Shown: in pieces, positions 47,388 through 57,267 of the stretch
How positions within the stretch are numbered: position 1 is the first letter of the stretch
Layout: every line of letters begins with the position of its first letter
DNA from: an uncultured virus (IMG/VR IMGVR_UViG_3300027976_000013)
Lineage: Duplodnaviria > Heunggongvirae > Uroviricota > Caudoviricetes
Strand: one strand, 5' to 3'
Length of the DNA: 64,000 nucleotides
IMG/VR virus record: IMGVR_UViG_3300027976_000013
Made by a program: the position numbers and the translations under genes
Notes under the pieces: model-generated
Databases searched by the model: none
What the model saw: only the letters and a program-made list of their open reading frames with translations
What the model was told of the DNA's origin: nothing

Positions 47388-50300
47388 CTATATAAGTTCG
47401 AGCCAGTCGGAAATTTCGTCGGGAACATTATCTTTATTATTAGTTTTTTTATCCTGCGAAGTGATCTTCTTTATTCCATCGTCTTCTTCGTATTCCATTA
47501 AACTGTAATTAACTTCATCAAGAATTTCAATGTCAATCTCGAAATCGGATGAAAGATTCGATATGCACATGAAGTTTGCTCCGGCAACCGAGTCAGCTAG
47601 ATCCTTCGAGTTGTGGACTATGATACCAGCAGACAGGGCGAAATTGTCGTATTCGTCAACTTCCAAGTCGTAAACGGGGACTGCAGTGTCCAACTTGACG
47701 AAACTGATAGACTTGGACTTACTGAAATGGAACCTCGTCCTGATTTTGTCAATTCCTGGACGTATACTTTGGGCCTCCTTATAAGAGCCGTCCTTCATCA
47801 TGAACTTATGTTCAGGCGTACAGCGAATGACGGCCCCAGAATCAAGAACAACGTCTACGAGAAGGTCAACTTCCTTGGTCTTTCTGCCTCTCGCCTTTCC
47901 TGGCTTTATATTTCCATTTTTATCTGCAGAGTACACCCACACTTCCTTATCGACCAAGTCGGAGATCGGAACAATAGTCCCATCAAGGAGGGGAATATAA
48001 GTCTCTCCAACAAAGCATCCGGTGGTCGGATGGTCCACTTTGGAGTTATTAATAAGTTTCAGCTTGAGCAACTCATCCTCCACAAGAATCTCATTCCAGT
48101 ACCCTCGAAACCTTCCATCGTAGATCGAAGTTGACAGTGTATCATAGTCCTTCTTCGCAACGGTGTGAAGATCGGCATTAATCCCCAAAGCCCTCAGGGA
48201 CTGGATCATGTCCGCGGAATTATGGACCACGATTCCGTTAGCCAAGAATGTTTCATTGCCTGGCATGGATATATCGTACACCTGCTTCTCTCCGCTTCTC
48301 TCGATGCTGCTAACGGAGATCCATAAGCGTCCGAGCTCATTGAAGTCATATCGGTCCTTGTGAAGAGAGTCTGCAAGTCCATCAACTAACGACCATGCCT
48401 TCTTCGACTTCCTTGCTGAGATGAATCCGATTTCCTTCATAAACTTCTTTGCCTTTTGTCCCCCAATAGTAATGCGATATCTCATTGAGCCACAGTGCTC
48501 ATATTCGTACCAAGAAGACACTATTCCGAAATTCAACAACATCATCCTGATCTGCTCGCATAGCGTCTTGCTTCTGCATTCATAAGACACCTGAACTGAA
48601 TTTCCAGTTCGGGTTATCCTTCCTGATATACAACCGTCCCCATCGAAAAGGGCTGTCAGAAAAGATCTTTGAGTCTCTTTTGTCGAAGCAAGGACGCTCC
48701 AAGGAACTTTCTCATTGAAAGACCCCCCGATCCATCCCAATTTCTTAAGTCGATCAAGACCCTTCTTTGAGTAGAACCTATCTTCCCAAGCCTTATTCGA
48801 CTTGTCGGTTTCTTCCCATCTTACTGACCTGCTGTAAGTCCAGTCATCCGCTATGTGGAACATCGCTTCCTTGTTGATGTCGAGCATATCTTCATCAATT
48901 GAAGTTATACGAACTAGCGAATTATACCTTTTGTCGTAAAAATTGCCTTCGCTTACCATGTATCCCAACGCGATTGCCTCGTCAACATCTACAACATCAG
49001 TTGATGGCCACAAGCATGGTTGCTTAATGAGGACCTTGTCACCTACGGAAATCTGATCCATGAACTTCCACCCATAACTAGTCAGGATTTTATGATTCCC
49101 TGTCGTTTCTATAGTGTAGCCAAGTTTTGTCGTGAGCTTTAATACCTCCGCAACGCCACTGTCCTTTATGGAGCCGAACTTGTTGCTAGAAATAGAGTCG
49201 GCAAGGAGGTCAGGGCTTGTATCGAATATTTGATCGACAGTTTTGATGCCACACTCAGTAAATACCATAGTGTCTTTCGTCACGCAATTCCATTGGTCGA
49301 AGGTGACCGAAACGACAGGAAACCTTCTAGAAAGGTCAACAATAGCAGAACGAATAGAAGCGAAAGGGATCTCGGAATTGTCTTCGGCCTTCCAGCTTTG
49401 GATGTAATCCATCTCAACAATGGGAAGATTCTCGACACCCCCCAGAGTTTTAATCTGCTTGAAACCTGGAGAGTGAACCATACAAAGAGCGGCACGATCT
49501 CTCTTTAAGCCAAGGTCGATATGGATATATCTTGAGTGAGAACTTGAACCAAGGAACCAGTTTTTATATTGGCCACTTTCGTCCATAGGGTCTTCTTTAA
49601 ACTTAAATGCCGCTCTAACAGTTTCTGGATCACGGAAGTAAGCATCAACCATTTCGGGAGGCTCGCACATAAATCGAGCTCGCGACATGATCGGATCACG
49701 ACGGAATTCATTCTCAAACTCTTCACGATGACGAGTAGGATTTACTTCCCATGTCGCAGCCTTCATAGCCCACGTAGTGGCCTCACGATACAGCCCCTTG
49801 TTTCCTTCTGTCTCATCAAGGACAACTCCTCCATGCGCAATGAGGTCATCAAGGACAGACTTATATCTTTGCTGAATGAAGTCTCCCTTAAACCGGGGAA
49901 AGGAAAGGAGAACAACTTTTCCGACAGTTGGGAATCTAGAAGTAATAGATGCTCTAGCCATGTCGTAAATCTCAGACGCAGCCCCCTTATTTCTAAACTG
50001 CCCTTTCAACTCGCTGTCAATCTTGAAAGCGGAAATCTCATCCAAGACAACGACAAGAACCTCATATCCTTCCCACCCCTCAGCCTCAGAGTGACCGGAG
50101 AACATTCTCACAGGACGACTAAACCAAAAAATTTCTGACACACGAGGCTCGAACCCAACCTCACTAGCCCAAGGGCTAGAGAGAAGAAGATTCTTTAGAG
50201 GGTCAAAGAAAACCTGCTGCGCTTGCTTAGCGTTTACAGCGAGGTTAACAATATCGATATACACGCCAGGGGCTTTACCGAAATAGTCAAGAGGATCTCT

Positions 50301-51776
50301 AAGACAATGAAGGAGATACGCGACGTAAGCAAGAGAGACCCTTGACACATGATCCTTACCGGAATTGTGATTGATAAATCCATTCGCTACATACGAATTG
50401 TCTTCATCTACAGCACAGTCGTAGTAATCTTGTACACCGAGATCTTCAATTGAAGCGATACGATCCCAATACCACCCGTTCTCATCTAAACACGACCTTT
50501 TTTCGATTTGAGTGGCGGATAGAATCTCATTGCTCACGTCTTCTTTGCCCGGAATTTTTCCAACAAGGTTTAAGAATTTCTGGCAATTCTCTAGAGATGA
50601 AATTGAGATGCCATAGACAGGTTTATGCTTTCCGCTACTTCGCTTAGGTTTTTGCAACTTGAATTTTGAAACAATACCAAGCCTCATAAGGAGATCGTGA
50701 ACTCCCCGAATGACTGCCTCTGATGTCAGATCTATACATATGGTATATGAGACACCTGATCCGCTCTTGTCAATATTGATCCATCCATCTGTGGCCCACA
50801 GTCCATTGAGAAGATTCGCGGCAGCGGAGTCGGAAAGGCGCATGAAATCATCATTCCAAGGCTTAGGCCTCTCGACCTCGTATTCCATCCCAACCGACCT
50901 AAGGAAGAGCGTCGTTGAGTTTCTTCCGTCTGTATTTGATACCGAGAACCTGTCACATCCATAGCCGCTCTTATCGACCCTAATCATGTCTCCAAAGTGG
51001 TCAATGACTATTCTCTTAAAGTCTTCTTGAACTTCGGGAGTTGCATTAGTGAATCGTGGAATGTGATTAAAGTTAGGAAGCGACCCATCTCCTAGCATGT
51101 ATCCAATAAATCTCGCTTCGTCATCTGTCACGTTCAGAGGGATAGTTGGTTCAGGAAGTCCAATCTTTAAAGGAACTACATCCCCAACTGAAAGTTCATC
51201 GGCATAACACCAGTCAATTTTTCTGCCGCCAACACCTTTGCGAAGCCAATCCATAGACTTCTCGTTCGACCCTGGAGACCCAAGCATCCTGTGTTTTTCA
51301 AAAACCTCTATATAAAAGCCCTTCTTCGTGGTAATTCGGATAGCTCTGCCACTACCCATTTTGGCAAAAGGGGTCGCTTCTCTCGCCTTTCCACTATGAG
51401 ATACAACTTTGTAAGTATTCGGCTGCAGGGTTAAGCTCTCAACTGTTTTGTAACCCAATTCTGGGGAATAAACTTTAGCCGTTTTTGTCGAACAACCTTT
51501 TCCCCATTGGCAAATGACTTCATTTACCGTATAATGCTTATATAACTCTAAACCTTTTTCCTCACCATGAAGTTGTATTAGAGTTTCAGGCTTGAAAATT
51601 TGAGTAATCATCTTAGATGCCTCATATTGAAGATCACCAAGAGGGGGAAGCCCGAGATAATGCTTATCAGTTACAAATTTTTCAATAGGAATAGGCTCTT
51701 CGATTAGATCCTCATTCTTTAGGAGGCGATCAAAATCGCTGAAGTCTAAGTTCGTACCAAAGAAGTCGTCAGCCAT
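47388..51776 (-). CDS. terL: Terminase large subunit containing three inteins (593 aa after splicing)
   Basis: Reconstituted Walker A GKG|SGKD, Walker B VVVLDEIS, LLSFPR coupling motif, nuclease HIDLG, FDQWN|S, DHP..G|SKDLADS. Confidence 0.9.
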   Translation of the reverse strand: MADDFFGTNLDFSDFDRLLKNEDLIEEPIPIEKFVTDKHYLGLPPLGDLQYEASKMITQIFKPETLIQLHGEEKGLELYKHYTVNEVICQWGKGCSTKTAKVYSPELGYKTVESLTLQPNTYKVVSHSGKAREATPFAKMGSGRAIRITTKKGFYIEVFEKHRMLGSPGSNEKSMDWLRKGVGGRKIDWCYADELSVGDVVPLKIGLPEPTIPLNVTDDEARFIGYMLGDGSLPNFNHIPRFTNATPEVQEDFKRIVIDHFGDMIRVDKSGYGCDRFSVSNTDGRNSTTLFLRSVGMEYEVERPKPWNDDFMRLSDSAAANLLNGLWATDGWINIDKSGSGVSYTICIDLTSEAVIRGVHDLLMRLGIVSKFKLQKPKRSSGKHKPVYGISISSLENCQKFLNLVGKIPGKEDVSNEILSATQIEKRSCLDENGWYWDRIASIEDLGVQDYYDCAVDEDNSYVANGFINHNSGKDHVSRVSLAYVAYLLHCLRDPLDYFGKAPGVYIDIVNLAVNAKQAQQVFFDPLKNLLLSSPWASEVGFEPRVSEIFWFSRPVRMFSGHSEAEGWEGYEVLVVVLDEISAFKIDSELKGQFRNKGAASEIYDMARASITSRFPTVGKVVLLSFPRFKGDFIQQRYKSVLDDLIAHGGVVLDETEGNKGLYREATTWAMKAATWEVNPTRHREEFENEFRRDPIMSRARFMCEPPEMVDAYFRDPETVRAAFKFKEDPMDESGQYKNWFLGSSSHSRYIHIDLGLKRDRAALCMVHSPGFKQIKTLGGVENLPIVEMDYIQSWKAEDNSEIPFASIRSAIVDLSRRFPVVSVTFDQWNCVTKDTMVFTECGIKTVDQIFDTSPDLLADSISSNKFGSIKDSGVAEVLKLTTKLGYTIETTGNHKILTSYGWKFMDQISVGDKVLIKQPCLWPSTDVVDVDEAIALGYMVSEGNFYDKRYNSLVRITSIDEDMLDINKEAMFHIADDWTYSRSVRWEETDKSNKAWEDRFYSKKGLDRLKKLGWIGGSFNEKVPWSVLASTKETQRSFLTALFDGDGCISGRITRTGNSVQVSYECRSKTLCEQIRMMLLNFGIVSSWYEYEHCGSMRYRITIGGQKAKKFMKEIGFISARKSKKAWSLVDGLADSLHKDRYDFNELGRLWISVSSIERSGEKQVYDISMPGNETFLANGIVVHNSADMIQSLRALGINADLHTVAKKDYDTLSTSIYDGRFRGYWNEILVEDELLKLKLINNSKVDHPTTGCFVGETYIPLLDGTIVPISDLVDKEVWVYSADKNGNIKPGKARGRKTKEVDLLVDVVLDSGAVIRCTPEHKFMMKDGSYKEAQSIRPGIDKIRTRFHFSKSKSISFVKLDTAVPVYDLEVDEYDNFALSAGIIVHNSKDLADSVAGANFMCISNLSSDFEIDIEILDEVNYSLMEYEEDDGIKKITSQDKKTNNKDNVPDEISDWLELI
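47610..48017 (-). mobile_element. Mini-intein 3 of terL (136 aa)
   Basis: PTTG|CFVGET...CTPEHKF...VYDLEV...GIIVHN|SKDL; no endonuclease. Confidence 0.92.
48219..49286 (-). mobile_element. Intein 2 of terL (356 aa, LAGLIDADG)
   Basis: DQWN|CVTKDT...TTGNH...ANGIVVHN|SADM; LGYMVSEG, LTALFDGDG. Confidence 0.92.
50364..51494 (-). mobile_element. Intein 1 of terL (377 aa, LAGLIDADG)
   Basis: GKG|CSTKT...ANGFINHN|SGKD; IGYMLGDG, LNGLWATDG. Confidence 0.92.
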
Positions 51777-52077
51777 CTGAACGAGACCTACTGACCCGCT
51801 TTATAATTGTACCCACCAAACTTATTGGATCATACTTTTTCAAAAAATTCGGAAAAGCAAGATGCTTGACGATGGCTGCTGTAGATAACCAGATAGGCCA
51901 TCTTACTGTAGGATGATTGATTCCACGCCAACAGGCGTCAGAGAGTGTCTCGTGCACTATCCCGCTACCTTTGGATTTGTGATAATCATTCAGGGACATG
52001 GCTATTACGTCGTAAATGAGGATAAATAAACCCAAAGTTATCCAAGCGATTGTCGCTTTTCTTGGAAAATTATTCAA
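51769..52077 (-). CDS. Small membrane protein
   Basis: Hydrophobic AW..L...I..YD ... ETLS ... HL pattern. Confidence 0.6.
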   Translation of the reverse strand: MNNFPRKATIAWITLGLFILIYDVIAMSLNDYHKSKGSGIVHETLSDACWRGINHPTVRWPIWLSTAAIVKHLAFPNFLKKYDPISLVGTIIKRVSRSRSDG

Positions 52078-52675
52078 CCACTTCTCCTTCTTCGAAATCT
52101 AGATGATCGCCAGCGTCCTCTGCGGTAGCGAAACTGTCGCCTTCCATCATAGAGAAGGCTTCGCGCAGCATAGGACGGGCTCGCCCTTTGCATGACTCGC
52201 AATCGGCAATCACATCCTTAATGACCTTGGATATGATTTGGTTGACAGTCTCGGCCTTCTGCATCCGCGCTATATACTCCCCGTCAGTTTTCGCTGTCCC
52301 CATCAGTTGATGTAGTTGAGCCTTTTTTGTAGCGATGTCAAGGCAAAGTTTTAGCGCCTGATTTCTTGCAGAGACCATCCCCTCCCGAGTTGCAATCTCG
52401 ACAGTCTCCCAAGCCTCCTTTGAAATTTCATCAAACTCAGCAAGAGCCTTGATAGTATTAAGTTGGACCTTTTCCAGAAAGTATGGGTCATTCTCGGCAA
52501 GAACCTCAAGGTGGTTCTTATATTGGAAAATGTAATCCCTCACAGTTGGCTGAGAGATCCCCTGAAGTTCTCCAATGTCAGAATTTGAATAGCCTTTCAA
52601 GTGAAGAAGCCCCACCTCTTCCACTTTCTTTGCTTTATCAAAAATTCCTTCAGTTTTTTCCAAGTCTTTGCCCAT
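52070..52675 (-). CDS. HTH protein, candidate terminase small subunit (leaderless)
   Basis: KGYSNSDIG...GISQPTVR HTH, helical body, two genes upstream of terL. Confidence 0.55.
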   Translation of the reverse strand: MGKDLEKTEGIFDKAKKVEEVGLLHLKGYSNSDIGELQGISQPTVRDYIFQYKNHLEVLAENDPYFLEKVQLNTIKALAEFDEISKEAWETVEIATREGMVSARNQALKLCLDIATKKAQLHQLMGTAKTDGEYIARMQKAETVNQIISKVIKDVIADCESCKGRARPMLREAFSMMEGDSFATAEDAGDHLDFEEGEVVE

Positions 52676-52706
52676 ACAACAATTATACCATACTCATCTT
52701 CGTTAT

Positions 52707-53009
52707 TTATTCATCTTCGTCATCATCAATGATGACATCGACCTCTTTGCGAGGCTTTCCTCGCTTTGGAGAAGACCGCCTAGCAACGACAGCGGCCGCT
52801 TCGACATCATCATCTGGGAGATTATCCTCAACCCTTTCCAAGACTTTACGAAATTCGCTGGAAAGAATCACAAGGAGCTTCTCTACAGTATCTTGATCGT
52901 AAGAGCCAACCATATACTTAGATAGCATAGACTTCACGTTATCGTATGATGCGAACTTGATAAGTTCTCTTTCAATCATGACGAGTGTATCTTTAGCTGT
53001 ATTTTCCAT
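52707..53009 (-). CDS. Hypothetical protein
   Basis: TAATG overlap; acidic tail. Confidence 0.55.
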   Translation of the reverse strand: MENTAKDTLVMIERELIKFASYDNVKSMLSKYMVGSYDQDTVEKLLVILSSEFRKVLERVEDNLPDDDVEAAAVVARRSSPKRGKPRKEVDVIIDDDEDE

Positions 53010-53449
53010 TAGTTATATGACCATATTCTTTCAGATAGAGCGGAAAACATCCAATATTTCTCAACAAAAACCATATCATAGAAATTCTTGTAGCGGCCCT
53101 CAAGGGGAGACCAGTATTCAAAGTGTATCATATCATCATACGAGTTGATCTCTTCGATCAACGGGACGACCATGCCACACTTCAGAGCATCGAAAGCATA
53201 CTTAGGGCTTACCCTGTAAAAGTCACCAATTATTAGCCCATTTTCTTCAATGTCTTCAACAAGCCCGGAGTAATGAACGGGAAAATTGTATTCGAAAGAA
53301 AAGAGCCGATCTTCGGCGGACAATGAATTAGGAAATTTGAGAACTACCTGAAGAGACGGGAAAGCTTCCTCTTCTCCGTTGTCATACTCGTCATCATCGT
53401 CATCATCGTCGTCCCGGAAGAAAAAAATATGCTCGTTCACTTGTAGCAA
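53009..53449 (-). CDS. Acidic hypothetical protein
   Basis: Poly-Asp N-terminal tract; GAGG RBS. Confidence 0.55.
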   Translation of the reverse strand: MLQVNEHIFFFRDDDDDDDDEYDNGEEEAFPSLQVVLKFPNSLSAEDRLFSFEYNFPVHYSGLVEDIEENGLIIGDFYRVSPKYAFDALKCGMVVPLIEEINSYDDMIHFEYWSPLEGRYKNFYDMVFVEKYWMFSALSERIWSYN

Positions 53450-53508
53450 CTTCCTCTCTTATGACTCGATCGACATGACCATCATACCATACGAAACGTG
53501 GCTGATCA

Positions 53509-53802
53509 TCACTTGCCCCGTTTTCTGGCCCGAGCAATCGCTCGCATTCGTTCTTCTCGCATCTTATCGGGGCGCTTCCCCGACTGTGCTACCTTATTCC
53601 TCATCTGGAGGTTCGCATTGATCTTTCGACCCTTACCTCTGTACTTAAGTAAATCATACTTGGAGAGCCAATTGTATAGCCCTTGGGGTGTCAAAGTGAT
53701 GTTGTGTTTAGTTTTAAGAACCACGACAATATCTTTCATATTCATTCGCTTTTTGACGTAATGAAAGTAGAGCCACTCGCGGTCTTTATAAGGTTCAAGC
53801 AC
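53509..53802 (-). CDS. HTH DNA-binding protein
   Basis: YKD.EWL..HY..K.M...DI ... T...LY.WL.KY; very basic tail. Confidence 0.65.
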   Translation of the reverse strand: MLEPYKDREWLYFHYVKKRMNMKDIVVVLKTKHNITLTPQGLYNWLSKYDLLKYRGKGRKINANLQMRNKVAQSGKRPDKMREERMRAIARARKRGK

Positions 53803-54268
53803 GTTCTCTCTCCTTTAAGCCAGCAGTAAACGACATTGCGGCGCGCCTTTTTACTTGGCTACGACGCTCTCGTTCGGCATGGCACTTTCTGCATGTACGG
53901 CTGCCATTGTTCGGGTCAACATACGTGTTGGTTTCATCGTAAGGGTGACCTTGTGGGCAATGAGTTTTGGCCCTTTGTTTAGCACCGCTCAGCTCCCCGG
54001 TATTTCCACGCCTTGCATTCTCTCTACAAGTCACTGGCTCCAGATGGTCCGGGTTTAAACAACTCCTCACGCGACATATGTGATCGATGTGCAGACCTTC
54101 CGGGATTGGCCCGACATAAAACTCGTAGGACAACCTGTGAGTATACAATACCTTCCCTCCCACACCCATCCGTCCGTAGCCAGCCTTGTCGATAGCCCCC
54201 GCCCATAGCCAACAATTGTCTGACTTATCAATTTTGGCCTCAAGTCTGTCAATAGGTTCAAGCGCCAA
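53795..54268 (-). CDS. HNH homing endonuclease
   Basis: CWLW.G...GYG...HRLSY...IDH.C..R.C.NP.HLE.VT..EN, KTHCPQGHPY..CRKC. Confidence 0.88.
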   Translation of the reverse strand: MALEPIDRLEAKIDKSDNCWLWAGAIDKAGYGRMGVGGKVLYTHRLSYEFYVGPIPEGLHIDHICRVRSCLNPDHLEPVTCRENARRGNTGELSGAKQRAKTHCPQGHPYDETNTYVDPNNGSRTCRKCHAERERRSQVKRRAAMSFTAGLKERERA

Positions 54269-54269
54269 C

Positions 54270-54869
54270 TCACTGCCCTCCCTTATTTACAACACTCAAC
54301 CCGTATAGGCCGATTCCGATAGCGTCGCAAATATCGTTATCAACAATGTGATCTATTCCATAGATCTTTTCATGGACAATACGAACTGTTCTTAATTTTC
54401 TTTCTGAGATTGCCATCTTCTTTGATTCCTTTTCCCCAAAGTCCCTAGCCCATAACGACTTTTCGGCCTTTGAGACGTTTTTGTAGCCAATAAAGCTCTT
54501 CCACTTGGAAATAATAACCTCATCGACATTGTCAGTGACCTTCAGACACTCCCCAATCAGATGCCCAGAAACCTGAGAAAGAATCCTGCTCGTTGCAGGG
54601 TTCTGGATATATATAGGTTGCTCGACAAAGATATAGTCGATATCGTACTTGGATAAGAATTCTGGGATAAATAATGATATAAATTTTAATTTATCATTTC
54701 TTTTGAATACCCCGATATTTATTTTAGATGTGGACAGGAGATGAGTTTTATCCTCCGTCTGACTGAAAATTGCGAAAGCTATCGAAGTTGACGAAGCATC
54801 AACGCCAACAACAATAGCTCTCTTGGGAGTTTTAAACTTCAAGGCTCGAACTATGTTCATAGCGATCAC
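54270..54869 (-). CDS. RuvC-like Holliday junction resolvase
   Basis: VGVDASSTS, VEQP, WK, DICDAIGIG. Confidence 0.78.
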   Translation of the reverse strand: MIAMNIVRALKFKTPKRAIVVGVDASSTSIAFAIFSQTEDKTHLLSTSKINIGVFKRNDKLKFISLFIPEFLSKYDIDYIFVEQPIYIQNPATSRILSQVSGHLIGECLKVTDNVDEVIISKWKSFIGYKNVSKAEKSLWARDFGEKESKKMAISERKLRTVRIVHEKIYGIDHIVDNDICDAIGIGLYGLSVVNKGGQ

Positions 54870-54896
54870 TCCAGCATATATTATAACACAGAGCCG

Positions 54897-55211
54897 CTAA
54901 TATGACCACTCTTCTCGAAGCTTCGCTTCATCCCATCCGTAACCCGCCAACCTCAGTATCAATCTTTCGGTTTTGCACGTCTCGCAGATCTCTTCATCAT
55001 TATACATTGACAAGATAGTAGCACAGCCTTCATTAGAGCAGACCCTCTTTTTATTGGCCCTTCGCTCTTTTTTTTCATAATATCTATCAAGTACATTCTT
55101 GTTAGTGACAATCTTACGACACTCTACGCTACAATAAATGGCGTTGTGGACCTGAGGCTCGAACGCCTCATCACAATCTCCATTGGCGCAAAATCTACCG
55201 GGTAGTTCCAT
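54897..55211 (-). CDS. Cys-rich zinc-finger protein (leaderless)
   Basis: CAN..C...F...YCS..CR ... CS..GC...LS.YN...C..C. Confidence 0.65.
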   Translation of the reverse strand: MELPGRFCANGDCDEAFEPQVHNAIYCSVECRKIVTNKNVLDRYYEKKERRANKKRVCSNEGCATILSMYNDEEICETCKTERLILRLAGYGWDEAKLREEWSY

Positions 55212-55261
55212 AACTATATTATACCATATGTGTATGGCATTTATATCGTAATATCTATATA

Positions 55262-56059
55262 CTACTTTACCCCCTCTTTCGGCGGTTTTATTGAGACTCC
55301 TAACTCTGTATCAGACCAGCAGTGAGAAAAAGCGTCACAGCGAGTGCAGTTCTGTGATTCCTTCTTGTAAGGCCTCTCTGGAAGATCTCCGTCTGTAAAG
55401 ACCTTGTGAATTTTAGCAAACTTGTCGAAAGTTTTTTCCAAAAACACGTCATCACGCTTGACAAGGATAGGAAGCAACTCTGAATTATTTTTGCTGTAAT
55501 AAATCAAAAAGCCAGAATCGGTCTTCATTGCGTAAATATATAATTGCAACTGCTTGAAATGAGCATCAGTTGGTTTATGGTAAGCCTTACGATATACGAA
55601 TCCCGCCTCGTTAATAGACTTACATTCCATTGGCTTCAATCCATCCCAGTCTACCATAAAGTCGATAAAGCCCCTGACAGGAGCCGGATCTGTAATAGTA
55701 AACTCAATTTGAGAATCTCTCAAGATTCCAATATCGTCAAGCATTTCCCCCACCGCGTCTTCAATGCGATTTCCGAGATCGAAAATTCTCTTAGTTTGGC
55801 CAAGAAAAGAAATCTCTTGATTGTAACCACGGAATCTATACACATAAAACCTCGGACAAGGGCTTGTGCTGGACGGCGCAAAGCTATTGCTTTGCTTCCA
55901 AGATGTACCGTTAGCGGCCTCAAGTTTGCCGTCAATAGCGTTAACTAGAGATGTTTCGAGGTTCAGAACGTCAATTGGGATAGCCGCCTCGACCTTCTTC
56001 TTCGTAACCTTCTTTTTTGGCTGCTCGCTTGATTTGAGATTTTTAATTAATCCCTTCAT
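55262..56059 (-). CDS. Cas4-like PD-(D/E)XK exonuclease
   Basis: PS...CPR, G.ID, ECKS, QLQLY, C..C.....C. Confidence 0.82.
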   Translation of the reverse strand: MKGLIKNLKSSEQPKKKVTKKKVEAAIPIDVLNLETSLVNAIDGKLEAANGTSWKQSNSFAPSSTSPCPRFYVYRFRGYNQEISFLGQTKRIFDLGNRIEDAVGEMLDDIGILRDSQIEFTITDPAPVRGFIDFMVDWDGLKPMECKSINEAGFVYRKAYHKPTDAHFKQLQLYIYAMKTDSGFLIYYSKNNSELLPILVKRDDVFLEKTFDKFAKIHKVFTDGDLPERPYKKESQNCTRCDAFSHCWSDTELGVSIKPPKEGVK

Positions 56060-56613
56060 CGTACACCATGCCCCATAGAACCTTCAATTCTCCCAAGAAG
56101 TTTCATGGTATTGATATCGTAGATGTCTAAGATTTCTTTAGCCCACTCTACTTTGTCAGTCACTCTCTGACCTCTTGGTTGCTTTGTGCTCCATAATTCC
56201 AAGTTCTCGATTCTGTTGTCTAGTTTGTCACCATTGAGGTGATGGACGTTTTCGTGTTTGATCAATTCCCTACCGATATAATCTTCCATAACCCATCTAT
56301 GTTCCATTTTCGAAATGCCATTTTTGCATATTGTCCTATATCCATCTACAGTAGGCCTTCCATCTGGATTAGATTTGTCAACTATTTTATCTGGGTCTCC
56401 ATGCGCTCGCCATCGACTATAGTGCATCTTACAGAATCCCTTGGCCCAGTATTTCTTATCACATCCTCCTAGCGAGCATATACCGTCATGGTCTCTGTTC
56501 ATCTTAGATAGCCGGGGATTTCCTGTTTTTCTAAGTCGCTGGTAGTGCTTACTACAAAGTTCTAGTGATTTTGTTTGACCGTTGCAGTCTTCAATTGAGC
56601 ATTTTTTCTTCAT
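56056..56613 (-). CDS. HNH homing endonuclease with two N-terminal C..C..C..HY zinc fingers (leaderless)
   Basis: EHRWVME..IGR.L...ENVHH.NG...DNR.ENLELW; TTGAAA-N17-CAATAT-N6-ATG. Confidence 0.85.
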   Translation of the reverse strand: MKKKCSIEDCNGQTKSLELCSKHYQRLRKTGNPRLSKMNRDHDGICSLGGCDKKYWAKGFCKMHYSRWRAHGDPDKIVDKSNPDGRPTVDGYRTICKNGISKMEHRWVMEDYIGRELIKHENVHHLNGDKLDNRIENLELWSTKQPRGQRVTDKVEWAKEILDIYDINTMKLLGRIEGSMGHGVR

Positions 56614-56644
56614 GTATCTATATTGCCATAAGTATCCATACTTT

Positions 56645-57016
56645 TCAAGTGCGATATCCTGTCTGGCTTGAACTGTGCTCCATGCGGCCAAGCAGTTTCA
56701 TGGTATTTATCACCTCTTGAAGCGCATCATACATCAGCATTAAAATGTCCTTCCTACGCCTTTGGATAATCGACTTGTCGCTCGTCTTGTAATATTGTGC
56801 CCTGGCTCCAATCTTCGTTCTTAGCGCAGCCAGCTTCGCTGCAGCAACCAAGGCCTCACTGCCCATCATGGCAGATGGAGAGTCCAGAATCTTCTGGACA
56901 ATAGCCATGCAGGCATTGAATTCGTCGTACTCCTCACGACCTAGCACTGCGGCAATCTCATCGAGTCCGACCTCCACATTACCTTCACTCATTTCACGCG
57001 TTCTCGCTATTTCCAT
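56645..57016 (-). CDS. Helical hypothetical protein
   Basis: GGAGGAG RBS; TAATG overlap. Confidence 0.65.
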   Translation of the reverse strand: MEIARTREMSEGNVEVGLDEIAAVLGREEYDEFNACMAIVQKILDSPSAMMGSEALVAAAKLAALRTKIGARAQYYKTSDKSIIQRRRKDILMLMYDALQEVINTMKLLGRMEHSSSQTGYRT

Positions 57017-57267
57017 TATTCTCCTCCAGTTGAATTATCTTCATCTTCTTCTACTATTAAGTTTACAATCTCATCGAGTGTATCATCAATTGTCCATCCC
57101 CGAAATTCATAAGCGTGGCTTATGCACAGCGGCATCGGAGATGCGTCAAAAGGGAGGTGCAAGCCTCTCTCGGTCATTATACGGCACACAGGACCGTCTT
57201 CCCCATCTCGGTAAAGACATTCTGACGATTCTATAATTACAAACCTTTCATTACCTTTTGAGTTCAA
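57016..57267 (-). CDS. Hypothetical protein
   Basis: 83-aa ORF in operon. Confidence 0.55.
   Translation of the reverse strand: MNSKGNERFVIIESSECLYRDGEDGPVCRIMTERGLHLPFDASPMPLCISHAYEFRGWTIDDTLDEIVNLIVEEDEDNSTGGE

Noticed and set aside
55262..56059. Cas4-like gene as part of a CRISPR-Cas system
   Set aside because: Stand-alone within a recombination/replication operon, as is common in phages
56056..56710. Group I intron carrying the HNH gene
   Set aside because: No non-coding space for a catalytic core; the upstream gene has its own stop
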